A stretch of DNA of 20,000 nucleotides, taken from IMG/VR virus record IMGVR_UViG_3300021961_010831, one strand, 5' to 3'. Below, piece after piece: positions 7,660 to 15,956 of this stretch (within the stretch, counting starts at the first letter, position 1; each line of letters begins with the position of its first letter). The stretch is from an uncultured virus (IMG/VR IMGVR_UViG_3300021961_010831) (taxonomy: Duplodnaviria; Heunggongvirae; Uroviricota; Caudoviricetes). Under the pieces are notes generated by a model. It saw nothing but the letters and a program-made list of their open reading frames with translations, was not told the DNA's origin and made no database searches. Both the position numbers and the translations under genes were made by a program.

Positions 7660-9639
7660 ATGGCTACGATTGACCTCAATGACGCATATGATTCACTTAC
7701 CCAACAACTCAAAGCAATTGATACTTACAATGAGATAAGTTCTGCCGTACCGTTTCTGACAAATCAACAACAATCTTCAATGGAAGATAGTTCGATTGGT
7801 ACCATAACCCCTGAAACGAATTTATCCCAACAGAAAAAAAGATACCAACGTCAACCGAGTAGTCAAATCAAGAAATTAATGAAGGTTTCCAAATTGATTT
7901 CTAATGAAATCAGATCAGGAGACACCACCACGAGTATGGTGAATTTTGTAAAAGACTCGTTTTCTGAAGCACTGAATGAAGTAAAAAGTAAAATCCCTCA
8001 GATCATTGCCGACCAAATGCTCAAAGAGCTTGGTTGTTCTCAAGAACAAACTTACGACACTGCAGTCCTAAATAATGCATCAGGAATTTACATACCAGTT
8101 GAATCTATAGATTTATTTGGGTTATTGAAAGAATCTCCCAAAAATCCAATTACTTCGTTTTTATATGAATCTCCTGCAATTTCAATTCAGAGCGACCCAT
8201 TTTCAATGAATAAAGAACTGTACGAAAGAACCCAAAATTCAGGTGTATCTTTCCAAAGTCAATACGGTCAAAATTATCTCGGTAAATCCAAACAAGCCTT
8301 ATTTGATTTCGAATACGTCACACAAGATGGTGCAGGAAACACAGGAAACTTTTATAAAGTATCACTGAAGAACAGGACAGATGGTACTCTAACACAAAGT
8401 CAAAATTTAGTTGGTCAATTTATTACCGACTATTTGAAGACTATTAGGATAGTTGATACCAAAAATATTTATATACAATTGTTTCAATTTTTATTTGGAC
8501 ACATGTCAATTCAGTTAAATGCTGGGGTTGAGTCTATTGCCGACCAAGGATATTTTGAAAAATTACTCGCCAGAATTTTGGGACTGTGTTTTGATTCAAG
8601 AGAGGAGATTGATGTTAGTGGAATTGCAAAAGTAGCACCTTTAGACGGAATTGACGAATCTTTCTTTGAACTTACAGACGTTGATTTGAGACAAATCGAA
8701 TCAGAAATCTCAAATATAAAGTTAGGGGTTTTTGAATATGAAGATTGTACCACGATAAAACAACCATATAATAGTAATGAAGTTCAAAACACATTAAGTC
8801 AGATTTTATTTGTTGATGATGATAATGTTGCTGAAAATACACGAATACTCAATGAAGCAATACAAAGTGTTAAAGACAATACTTTGGGACCATCATTTGA
8901 TATTGGATTGTCAATTGATGAAGACATTGTCGAAAAGTTTATCACAGCCCTTTATGCCGCGGTTATAAGTCCGAAAGTCTTATTTCCTATGATGATTATG
9001 GTAAAATCATTAGAAAACGACCAACAAAATATTCAAAATTCTGTATTGAATAAAGTTTATAATTTGGAGAGTTTCATCAAAACTTTCAAAGGGTTCAACA
9101 TCCAAGTGGTATCCTTAATTGGTGCTGAGTTTACAAAAATTTTGACAGAAATCATCAAAAGAGATTTGAGGAAATTACTGAAACGTATTATAAGAAATTT
9201 GAGACAAGAGGCAAATAAAAAGAGACTCTTACAAACAAAGTCTCTTCTTTCTTTGGGTATTATTGTTACTCAAATAATCCCTAATTATAGACAATGTAAA
9301 AGTGTTGTGGATTCTATTGTTGATCTCATACAACTATCTCTGAGAGGAACAAGATATGATACTCCGGCGACAGCATTATATTTTACGAAATTTAGATCGG
9401 GATTTTCCGATACAAGAGCAATGCTTGGAACAATTGAGGAAATGCAAAAATTGGGTATACCAACTGGACCTATGCCGGATGGAAGCCCAAATTTATGGAT
9501 GTTGTCAATCCAAGCACAAATAAAAGGGGTTGAAGGAGAAAGAACTGAAAATGGTAGAAATCAGGGTATACTTCCGCCATTAAAAGTGTTACCTATTGGT
9601 ATAACAATGCCTGAAAGGTTTGATTCAGTACCATCATGA
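7660..9639 (+). CDS. Large hypothetical protein (659 aa), probably structural (baseplate/tail region)
   Basis: Long ORF in a coupled run leading to the gp5-like spike gene; function inferred from context only. Confidence 0.6.
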   Translation: MATIDLNDAYDSLTQQLKAIDTYNEISSAVPFLTNQQQSSMEDSSIGTITPETNLSQQKKRYQRQPSSQIKKLMKVSKLISNEIRSGDTTTSMVNFVKDSFSEALNEVKSKIPQIIADQMLKELGCSQEQTYDTAVLNNASGIYIPVESIDLFGLLKESPKNPITSFLYESPAISIQSDPFSMNKELYERTQNSGVSFQSQYGQNYLGKSKQALFDFEYVTQDGAGNTGNFYKVSLKNRTDGTLTQSQNLVGQFITDYLKTIRIVDTKNIYIQLFQFLFGHMSIQLNAGVESIADQGYFEKLLARILGLCFDSREEIDVSGIAKVAPLDGIDESFFELTDVDLRQIESEISNIKLGVFEYEDCTTIKQPYNSNEVQNTLSQILFVDDDNVAENTRILNEAIQSVKDNTLGPSFDIGLSIDEDIVEKFITALYAAVISPKVLFPMMIMVKSLENDQQNIQNSVLNKVYNLESFIKTFKGFNIQVVSLIGAEFTKILTEIIKRDLRKLLKRIIRNLRQEANKKRLLQTKSLLSLGIIVTQIIPNYRQCKSVVDSIVDLIQLSLRGTRYDTPATALYFTKFRSGFSDTRAMLGTIEEMQKLGIPTGPMPDGSPNLWMLSIQAQIKGVEGERTENGRNQGILPPLKVLPIGITMPERFDSVPS

Positions 9640-9860
9640 TACAAAGAGAATTTACAATAGAACAACTCCAATCAATAATCAAAGATATTGATTCTTCCTC
9701 AAACAAAGATTTGACGGAAGCAATGGATTTTTTGAAATCCGATTTTGCTGAAACTAAAAGTATGATCATAGACCTGAGTAATCATTTGGATAATATTGAA
9801 GGTCTATATAATAAAATCCTAATGGAATATGAAAATAGGGTAAATGGGAAGTTTGAGTAA
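9636..9860 (+). CDS. Small acidic coiled-coil hypothetical protein (74 aa)
   Basis: ATGA overlap with the upstream gene; overlaps the next gene by 17 nt. Confidence 0.7.
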   Translation: MIQREFTIEQLQSIIKDIDSSSNKDLTEAMDFLKSDFAETKSMIIDLSNHLDNIEGLYNKILMEYENRVNGKFE

Positions 9861-11346
9861 TAAAATAATTCATCCAGCGGAAGTTGTAGATAACCAAGAT
9901 CCTATGAATCTTGGTAGAATCCGTGCATACCCCCTCGATAAAAATATTAGAGCAACATTAGAAGGTTTTGATTTTCAACCAAAAGATGCGTGGACAGAAA
10001 AAGATCCATTTTTAACATTACCACTATTACCACAGTTTTTTTCTCAAGTCCCCGAAGTGAAGGAAAGAGTGAATCTATTCTATCAAAATATAGAATATCC
10101 TTATCAAGACATATATTACGTTCAAGCGTCTTTTGCATCCCCGATGTCTATGCCATATTCCAACATTCAGGAATCAAACAAATTTACAGGTTTGGGGGAT
10201 CGTGTAAGTGGACTTCTAAGACTAAAAAACAACGATGGTAGTTTCAAAAATAGTAAATCATTTGGAATCTTCCCCCAACCTGGTGATAACGCCGTTTTAG
10301 GTCGTGGATTTGCGGATGTTATCGTAAAAAAAGACACAGTACTTTTACGAGCAGCAAAAACAAACGATCTAAATATAAAAAAATTTCCAATACCCAACGA
10401 TAGAAGATCATTTATTCAGATATCGGGATTCAATACCAAAATAACTGACGGTCCCAAAAAAGTTAGTGTGAGTACTGAAAACGTAAGTGTTGCTACCAAA
10501 AAATTGATCGAGTGGGAAATTCAGAATTTAGAAAATACTCAAAACGCCTTTACAGGACAAATTAGACTTTATGGGTTGAAACCACTGACGACTACTTTGA
10601 CTGATAATATTCAATATGATTCAGATTTGTCTTCAGCAATAAATTTAGAATACTATGAATCATTCTTTGGTTTAACCTTCGAACAAACGGTTGAAAAAAT
10701 TAATAATTTTATAAAGGGGGTAAATTCAGGTAAAATCACAAATGGTCCAACAATTACTGAACAATTTCCGTTCGCATATAGACCCGATGCGAGAGTCAGA
10801 ACAATTCTTGACGAAAATGGTGTTTCAAACAATACTATGTCAACAAATTCTGCCGTGGAGTACTCCAATGCTTTGAAATTTATAAATGACATTACACTGA
10901 ATCCTGGATTGGGTCCAATAAGTTATAAGTTTGGTTTGGTTAGAACGAAAGATCAAATAGGAAAACCAATCAAGGTTAATTTTCAAGAAATCACAACAAA
11001 ACAAGTCACTGAGGAAACATCGACTCCAGTTTTGGTGGGGGGAACTGATATTTTCCTACTTTCTCACAAGTCAAACAAACAAACAGATCTGAGTAATGCC
11101 ATTTATGGATTCACTCAACAACAAATTCAAGAAAATATCCTCCCATTTACATCTTCTACCGTCAGAGGTGAAGAACTATTGGACCTATTGAATTTGATCG
11201 TTAGATACCTTATAACACACGTACATCCCGTTCCTGGTGCAGCACCAATACCTGTTGGTTTAGATGGAGTGACATCTGAACAAATTTTATTTGAGATAAG
11301 AAATGCCACAAATAAAATTCTGAACTCAAATATTCGTATAAACTGA
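9844..11346 (+). CDS. Baseplate hub/central spike protein (T4 gp5 / P2 gpV / VgrG-like OB-fold)
   Basis: N-terminal EVVDNQDPMNLGRIRA...LPLLP...VPEVKERV is the gp5 OB-fold signature; C-terminal THVHP is the HxH metal-binding motif of spike tips. Confidence 0.7.
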   Translation: MGSLSNKIIHPAEVVDNQDPMNLGRIRAYPLDKNIRATLEGFDFQPKDAWTEKDPFLTLPLLPQFFSQVPEVKERVNLFYQNIEYPYQDIYYVQASFASPMSMPYSNIQESNKFTGLGDRVSGLLRLKNNDGSFKNSKSFGIFPQPGDNAVLGRGFADVIVKKDTVLLRAAKTNDLNIKKFPIPNDRRSFIQISGFNTKITDGPKKVSVSTENVSVATKKLIEWEIQNLENTQNAFTGQIRLYGLKPLTTTLTDNIQYDSDLSSAINLEYYESFFGLTFEQTVEKINNFIKGVNSGKITNGPTITEQFPFAYRPDARVRTILDENGVSNNTMSTNSAVEYSNALKFINDITLNPGLGPISYKFGLVRTKDQIGKPIKVNFQEITTKQVTEETSTPVLVGGTDIFLLSHKSNKQTDLSNAIYGFTQQQIQENILPFTSSTVRGEELLDLLNLIVRYLITHVHPVPGAAPIPVGLDGVTSEQILFEIRNATNKILNSNIRIN

Positions 11347-11354
11347 TATTTATA
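11347..11354 (+). promoter_or_regulatory. Candidate late-promoter motif TATTTATA
   Basis: Exact 8-mer directly after the TGA of the spike gene, 13 nt before ATG 11368. Confidence 0.55.
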
Positions 11355-11367
11355 CTTAAAAGTATCG

Positions 11368-12828
11368 ATGTCAATACTCAGGTCATATTTTAGTAAGAAC
11401 AACACAATCGAGTTCAACAGCTTTGTAAATACGGGGAGGAACCCTGTTACACAATTGTTTTTTGGACAAGGTTTGAACATTTCAACACCAAACGGTTTCA
11501 CCCGTTTTATTTTTGATTTGGACTTGGATCTTCTAAGAGAAAAAATTCAAACTACCGAAATTTCTACAGGTTGTACCTCAGCAATGACACATACTTTGGT
11601 TATGACCAATACTAGTAGTTTTGATCAAGAATTACTCAATACTTACGCTTCAGACGGATCAGGAAGAGCAACTTCTTTTGACCTTATTCTTTATAGAATA
11701 CCATTGACAGGACAAACATGGGATGAGGGTGTTGGATATGACTTTGTTGATGATTTGGCAATTGCACAATTCTCTAACAATAGAGCCTTTAGTACAAGAC
11801 CGTCTAACTGGTTTCAAACTACAACGATAACTGATTGGCCTCAATCTGGTACCTACAGTAACAGAAACACGAACGTTGACCCAAACTTAAATTATTCGGG
11901 TCTTATTATCGTTGACAGAAAACACTTCGAATTCGGAAACGAAGATATCGAGTTTGATATGACAAACGAAATAAATGGAATGTTGTTCAGCGGAGTAACG
12001 GGAACCACAGGGTGGGGTATTGCATATGTCCCCGAAATTGAAAACATCACAGGGTTGACAGAAACATATTCCGTTGGTTATTTTACAAGACATACACAAA
12101 CTTTTTATCAACCATTTCTACAGACAGATTATGACGATCTTATACAGGATGATCGTAACACTTTTGTTGTAAACAAAACCAATAAATTGTACTTATACGC
12201 CTTTGCTAACGGAGATTATATAAATTTGGATACCAATCCTATCGTGGACATTTTAGATCCTAATGGATCACCAATTCCTTACGCTACCGGACTTGCAACT
12301 TGTCTGAGGACTAAAGGGGTATATGAGGTCGAGGTTCCACCTCTGACAGGTTTTTCAACACCGTGTCAATTCTCAGATGTGTGGACTTCATTAGCCAAAG
12401 ATGGAAATTCGTTACCCGACATAGAAAACAATTTTATTCTTCAGAATAGTTCGGCTTATTATTCTATTGGAATTCAATCAAAAGATCCGATTTTATATGG
12501 TTTTGATTTCAGTGGTATTAAACAGAATGAAAAAATTTATAACACTGATGTACGCAAGGTAATGGTTACAATCAAACAAGCCTATACCTCACAATATGTC
12601 CTTCAGAATGTTGAAGCTTTTTATAGAGTATATGTGAAAGAAGGTACGACTGAGGTAATTGTACAAGATTGGACGGCGATCAATAGAACTCCGAATGAAT
12701 ATTATTTTATTTTTGATACTCGTGACAAAATTCCTAACCAATATTATGTTGATATACAAGTAAATTCAAGTGGTGAAAAGGATACTTATAAGAAAGTATT
12801 AATGTTCCAAATTGTAAATTCGAAATGA
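11368..12828 (+). CDS. Hypothetical beta-rich protein (486 aa), probably virion structural
   Basis: Long ORF rich in Thr/Asn/Gly/aromatic residues; preceded by TATTTATA; follows the spike gene. Confidence 0.6.
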   Translation: MSILRSYFSKNNTIEFNSFVNTGRNPVTQLFFGQGLNISTPNGFTRFIFDLDLDLLREKIQTTEISTGCTSAMTHTLVMTNTSSFDQELLNTYASDGSGRATSFDLILYRIPLTGQTWDEGVGYDFVDDLAIAQFSNNRAFSTRPSNWFQTTTITDWPQSGTYSNRNTNVDPNLNYSGLIIVDRKHFEFGNEDIEFDMTNEINGMLFSGVTGTTGWGIAYVPEIENITGLTETYSVGYFTRHTQTFYQPFLQTDYDDLIQDDRNTFVVNKTNKLYLYAFANGDYINLDTNPIVDILDPNGSPIPYATGLATCLRTKGVYEVEVPPLTGFSTPCQFSDVWTSLAKDGNSLPDIENNFILQNSSAYYSIGIQSKDPILYGFDFSGIKQNEKIYNTDVRKVMVTIKQAYTSQYVLQNVEAFYRVYVKEGTTEVIVQDWTAINRTPNEYYFIFDTRDKIPNQYYVDIQVNSSGEKDTYKKVLMFQIVNSK

Positions 12829-13292
12829 AAAAAATTATTAAACTAAAAGAATCTGATCTAGTCAAGTTGATCAGAACAAAATTAGAAGAACAAAGAGGTT
12901 CTGAAAACTATATGTTTTTCAGTAACTTGGATCAGATGGAACGTCAAATCAAAGATCTAAAATCTATACCTGAGTCAGTAATTGATGGTTTTTTACAAAA
13001 TGGTCATGATTGGGCAGACGACCATATTTCCAAGGCTAAAGAAAATTTAGACCACGTATATGAGTTTATTATGAACGAAGTATCTTCTGATGAAGATCAA
13101 TTACAAGGACCCGAATTGGAAGAAGGTAAAAAGAAAACAGGTTCTAAACTCTGTTCAAGAGGGATCGCCGCCGCTAAGGCTAAGTATGATGTGTATCCAT
13201 CAGCATACGCTAATGGTTATGCCGTTCAGGTTTGCAAAGGAAAAATGCCTGGAAATGATGGTAAAAAAAGGTGTTCAGGATCGTATTGTTAA
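12825..13292 (+). CDS. Modular hypothetical protein, possible head-internal protein
   Basis: N-terminal MKKIIKLKESDLVKLI leader, central helical domain (NGHDWADDHI), basic C-terminal domain KLCSRG..AAKAKYDVYPSAYANG; ATGA overlap. Confidence 0.65.
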   Translation: MKKIIKLKESDLVKLIRTKLEEQRGSENYMFFSNLDQMERQIKDLKSIPESVIDGFLQNGHDWADDHISKAKENLDHVYEFIMNEVSSDEDQLQGPELEEGKKKTGSKLCSRGIAAAKAKYDVYPSAYANGYAVQVCKGKMPGNDGKKRCSGSYC

Positions 13293-13293
13293 T

Positions 13294-13324
13294 TTTGTAA
13301 TTACGAAAACAAATTCTATATTTG
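13294..13324 (+). promoter_or_regulatory. Bacteroidota primary-sigma promoter (-33 TTTG / -7 TAnnTTTG)
   Basis: TTTG at 13294-13297, 19-nt spacer, TATATTTG at 13317-13324, in the intergenic gap and 4 nt before ATG 13329. Confidence 0.65.
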
Positions 13325-13328
13325 TAGT

Positions 13329-13736
13329 ATGAATAAGGTCATACACAAAATCAAGCGGTGGATTCAATCCATAGTCCTAAAAACCATTAAATCAATGGAC
13401 TATAGTCGTGAAAAAAGAAGTTCATACGAATTGGATTGTATTAAGATTTGTAAAAAAATGATTACAAGACAAGATTCGACCTTGTTGTTAACACCAATCA
13501 CAAACAAAAGATATATTAAAAACGATACCCTCGCCATTTTTATCAAAATAGACGGGGGTATTGTAAATGTCATCAATCACAAATATTCTTACACAGTTCC
13601 AATGTCTGATCGTTCGATCACCGAAATTACCAACTTGTTCAACGATACTGTTGAGAATCATAGAAAAGTTATGGAAGATGAAATTACCTCAAACATCAAA
13701 CATTCTCTACAAGACATTTCAAAGAGTTTAGATTGA
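13329..13736 (+). CDS. Hypothetical protein (135 aa)
   Basis: ORF with its own host-type promoter; 3' end overlaps the convergent gene by 9 nt. Confidence 0.7.
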   Translation: MNKVIHKIKRWIQSIVLKTIKSMDYSREKRSSYELDCIKICKKMITRQDSTLLLTPITNKRYIKNDTLAIFIKIDGGIVNVINHKYSYTVPMSDRSITEITNLFNDTVENHRKVMEDEITSNIKHSLQDISKSLD

Positions 13737-14294
13737 CGGGCAGATTTTGGATGCCATTTCTTCAGCGTCCTTCTCGTCGATTAGTCCGATTCTAAACAAC
13801 ACACAATAATATCTTGGATTTTCCCTAAGGTGGTCCGCAGCAATCTGTTCAGCCTTATTTGGGTCTGAAGTGTGCTCCATCTCAACCATACGTCCAAGAT
13901 CGATCATATCATTTTTTTCAACAGTTTCTCTGAGAATGGACTTTATAAATTGTCTCATTCCTTCATTGGTTTTTTTCTTTGGTTTATATGATGTCATTAC
14001 AGGTTTTTGTCCCTTACCTGTTTGGGTATCTTTTTTCTCGGCCTTTCTTTTTTGTGCACACGCCGCCTTCTTTTCTGAATCCGACATTTTACCTGCCACA
14101 CCGGCAGCACGACATTTTGGATAACCACCCTTATCGGTGTTATCTCTTCCACACGGTGGATGTTTTCCATCTACTTTACGACAAATATTAACCCATGGAC
14201 CCTTAGGTTGTTTACTACCTTTGGGTTTCTTTTTTGTCCCAAACCAAACCGCCAAATCTTCTTTAATTCTTTGTTTTAAGTTGTTTTTTTCCAT
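13728..14294 (-). CDS. Two-domain hypothetical protein: basic Cys-containing N-terminal domain plus DUF5661-like C-terminal domain
   Basis: ATG 14294 (MEKNNLKQ) preferred because it follows TATTTATA on the - strand. N-domain LAVWF...WVNIC...CGR...YPKCR; C-domain GRMVEMEHTSDPNKAEQIAADHLRENPRYY (DUF5661-like pattern, from memory). Confidence 0.7.
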   Translation of the reverse strand: MEKNNLKQRIKEDLAVWFGTKKKPKGSKQPKGPWVNICRKVDGKHPPCGRDNTDKGGYPKCRAAGVAGKMSDSEKKAACAQKRKAEKKDTQTGKGQKPVMTSYKPKKKTNEGMRQFIKSILRETVEKNDMIDLGRMVEMEHTSDPNKAEQIAADHLRENPRYYCVLFRIGLIDEKDAEEMASKICPSI

Positions 14295-14311
14295 TTTTTT
14301 ACGATACTTGC

Positions 14312-14319
14312 TATAAATA
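14312..14319 (-). promoter_or_regulatory. Candidate late-promoter motif (TATTTATA on -, TATAAATA on +)
   Basis: Lies in the 45-nt gap between divergent starts 14294 (-) and 14340 (+). Confidence 0.5.
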
Positions 14320-14339
14320 GAGCAACAGATCTTATTAGT

Positions 14340-14552
14340 ATGGAAAACCAAGAAAAAAATAAAGAAATTATCGGAGAATTATTCGATACAATACAATTCA
14401 GTGATGAACAAGAAATAAATGACCTTTTTGATAATTTATCACCTGAACAAATAAAATATATTACCACCTTAGCACTAGCTTCAGCTCACCGAAGAGGATG
14501 TCTTAATTTATTAGAAAGCGAAATGGTTTCGAGACTTATCAGAAAATTATAA
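14340..14552 (+). CDS. Hypothetical protein (70 aa)
   Basis: Fills the gap between two - strand genes; shares the TTATAA hexamer at 14547-14552 with the stop of the convergent gene. Confidence 0.65.
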   Translation: MENQEKNKEIIGELFDTIQFSDEQEINDLFDNLSPEQIKYITTLALASAHRRGCLNLLESEMVSRLIRKL

Positions 14553-14906
14553 ATTACAACTACCCACATTTAAAATCATTCCATCAACTTCTTGAATATA
14601 ATACACTATATCATTAGAGTAATCATGGAAATATTGTCCCGCCAAAGTTGTAAAATCATTTGCTTCGGGATCCGCACAAACGTAACAACCCATTCCAAGA
14701 TTTTCACAATCTGAATAAATTGTAATTACACCTGTATTACAAATTTTTGTTAAATCCATCTCCATACCATTCACATTATGCGGATATACTTTATCTAAAA
14801 CAGGTGGGGTAGGTTGTGGATATACAATCCAACGAGTAGTAGTTGTAGTGGTCATTTTTGATTTTAGACCAAAAAGTTTTTTTATAAAATTCCAAAGTTT
14901 TTTCAT
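14547..14906 (-). CDS. Small Cys-containing protein with an amphipathic N-terminal helix and poly-Thr linker
   Basis: ATG 14906 gives MKKLWNFIKKLFG...TTTTTT...; 5 Cys in the C-terminal domain; start lies 13 nt after the upstream stop. Confidence 0.7.
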   Translation of the reverse strand: MKKLWNFIKKLFGLKSKMTTTTTTRWIVYPQPTPPVLDKVYPHNVNGMEMDLTKICNTGVITIYSDCENLGMGCYVCADPEANDFTTLAGQYFHDYSNDIVYYIQEVDGMILNVGSCNL

Positions 14907-14919
14907 AACGATTCTTTTA

Positions 14920-15939
14920 CTAAAACGGACACCAATAACCAATTTGACTTAAACATCCATTGATATATGTTGGACAAGTTCTTGGTATACCTGGGTGGAA
15001 ATTATTCGATGCGGTTGAATAGCAACAAGCATCATCACCTGGTGTTCCCGTACAATAATTATAACTCGAGTATACAGGTGTTGATATGTGAGCCCTAATT
15101 TGGTTTCCATATAAAGAAATGTCTCTAACATCAACTCTGATTGTATAGTATCGACCATTTATCGGAGATGCAATGTTGTACACACCAAAAGAACAATCAC
15201 CATCGATTCCGTGTCCGATTGCAATACGTAAGTTAGTAGTTGCTACAGATGTTTGTACATATCTAAATGACAACATATAACTATACGACTTAGCATTGTA
15301 GGTACCTGTAGTGTTTTGTGTTACGGATGGTTTATCATTGAAAACTGTATAAGCATTGTATAATGAATCACACGGTACTAAGTAAGATTCCCATTCAGTA
15401 AGATTTTGATATAACGCATTCCCTGTTGTACCAGCAATACTTTCATAAATTGTTATATTTGTACTTGTTTGAATTGTACAACTACAATGAGTTGTTGGAG
15501 TCGGAGTTGGGGTAGGTGTCTTTGTTCTAGTTGGTGTTACAGTAGGGGTTCTGGTTAGTGTTGGTGTTGGTGTTTTAGTTTTTGTTGGTGTTGGTGTTGG
15601 TGTCACTGGAGTTTTACCAGTACATTGTAAACAAGTAGAATCATCACCAACATAGTCACCAATCACCGCAACTGGAGTACCGAATGGAGGTTCTTCACCT
15701 TGTACTATAGTATAACATCCATTGAGAAGTGAACCTGAAGAAAAATACAAATATGTAACTCCGTTTGTAAAAGTTGGGATTGAAGTGAATGCTGGTGCCC
15801 AATCGACCAAATATGTTAGACCATCGGCACACCTTATTACTTCACCTAACAATGGTGGTCTAGTAGGAGTTACTGTAGGTGTTGGACTTAAAGTCGGTGT
15901 TGCCGAAGGAAAAAACTCTTTTACAAACGAAGTTCTCAT
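14920..15939 (-). CDS. Cys-rich protein with Pro/Thr linkers, probably a virion surface/decoration protein
   Basis: 339 aa, 14 Cys, two (TP)n tracts separating beta-rich domains; located downstream of the capsid gene. Confidence 0.7.
   Translation of the reverse strand: MRTSFVKEFFPSATPTLSPTPTVTPTRPPLLGEVIRCADGLTYLVDWAPAFTSIPTFTNGVTYLYFSSGSLLNGCYTIVQGEEPPFGTPVAVIGDYVGDDSTCLQCTGKTPVTPTPTPTKTKTPTPTLTRTPTVTPTRTKTPTPTPTPTTHCSCTIQTSTNITIYESIAGTTGNALYQNLTEWESYLVPCDSLYNAYTVFNDKPSVTQNTTGTYNAKSYSYMLSFRYVQTSVATTNLRIAIGHGIDGDCSFGVYNIASPINGRYYTIRVDVRDISLYGNQIRAHISTPVYSSYNYCTGTPGDDACCYSTASNNFHPGIPRTCPTYINGCLSQIGYWCPF
15490..15612 (-). repeat. Thr-Pro low-complexity coding repeat
   Basis: Encodes TPVTPTPTPTKTKTPTPTLTRTPTVTPTRTKTPTPTPTPTT; GTTGGT-type hexamers on the + strand. 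Confidence 0.9.
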
Positions 15940-15956
15940 ATCTGATAAAGTAATTA

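Noticed and set aside
8466..8473. TATTTATA inside the 659-aa gene
   Set aside because: No gene start nearby; treated as a chance occurrence in AT-rich sequence.
533..14467. Short ORFs antisense to or nested within called genes (e.g. 1075-1446, 3426-3866, 11127-11501, 13870-14124)
   Set aside because: They overlap well-supported genes and show no recognisable motifs.
14917..14922. Stop-codon reassignment (TAG recoding as in some large Bacteroidota phages); the only TAG stop among the called genes is followed directly by TAA
   Set aside because: All genes, including capsid and other late genes, are intact and tightly packed under the standard code; low TAG use is expected in AT-rich DNA.
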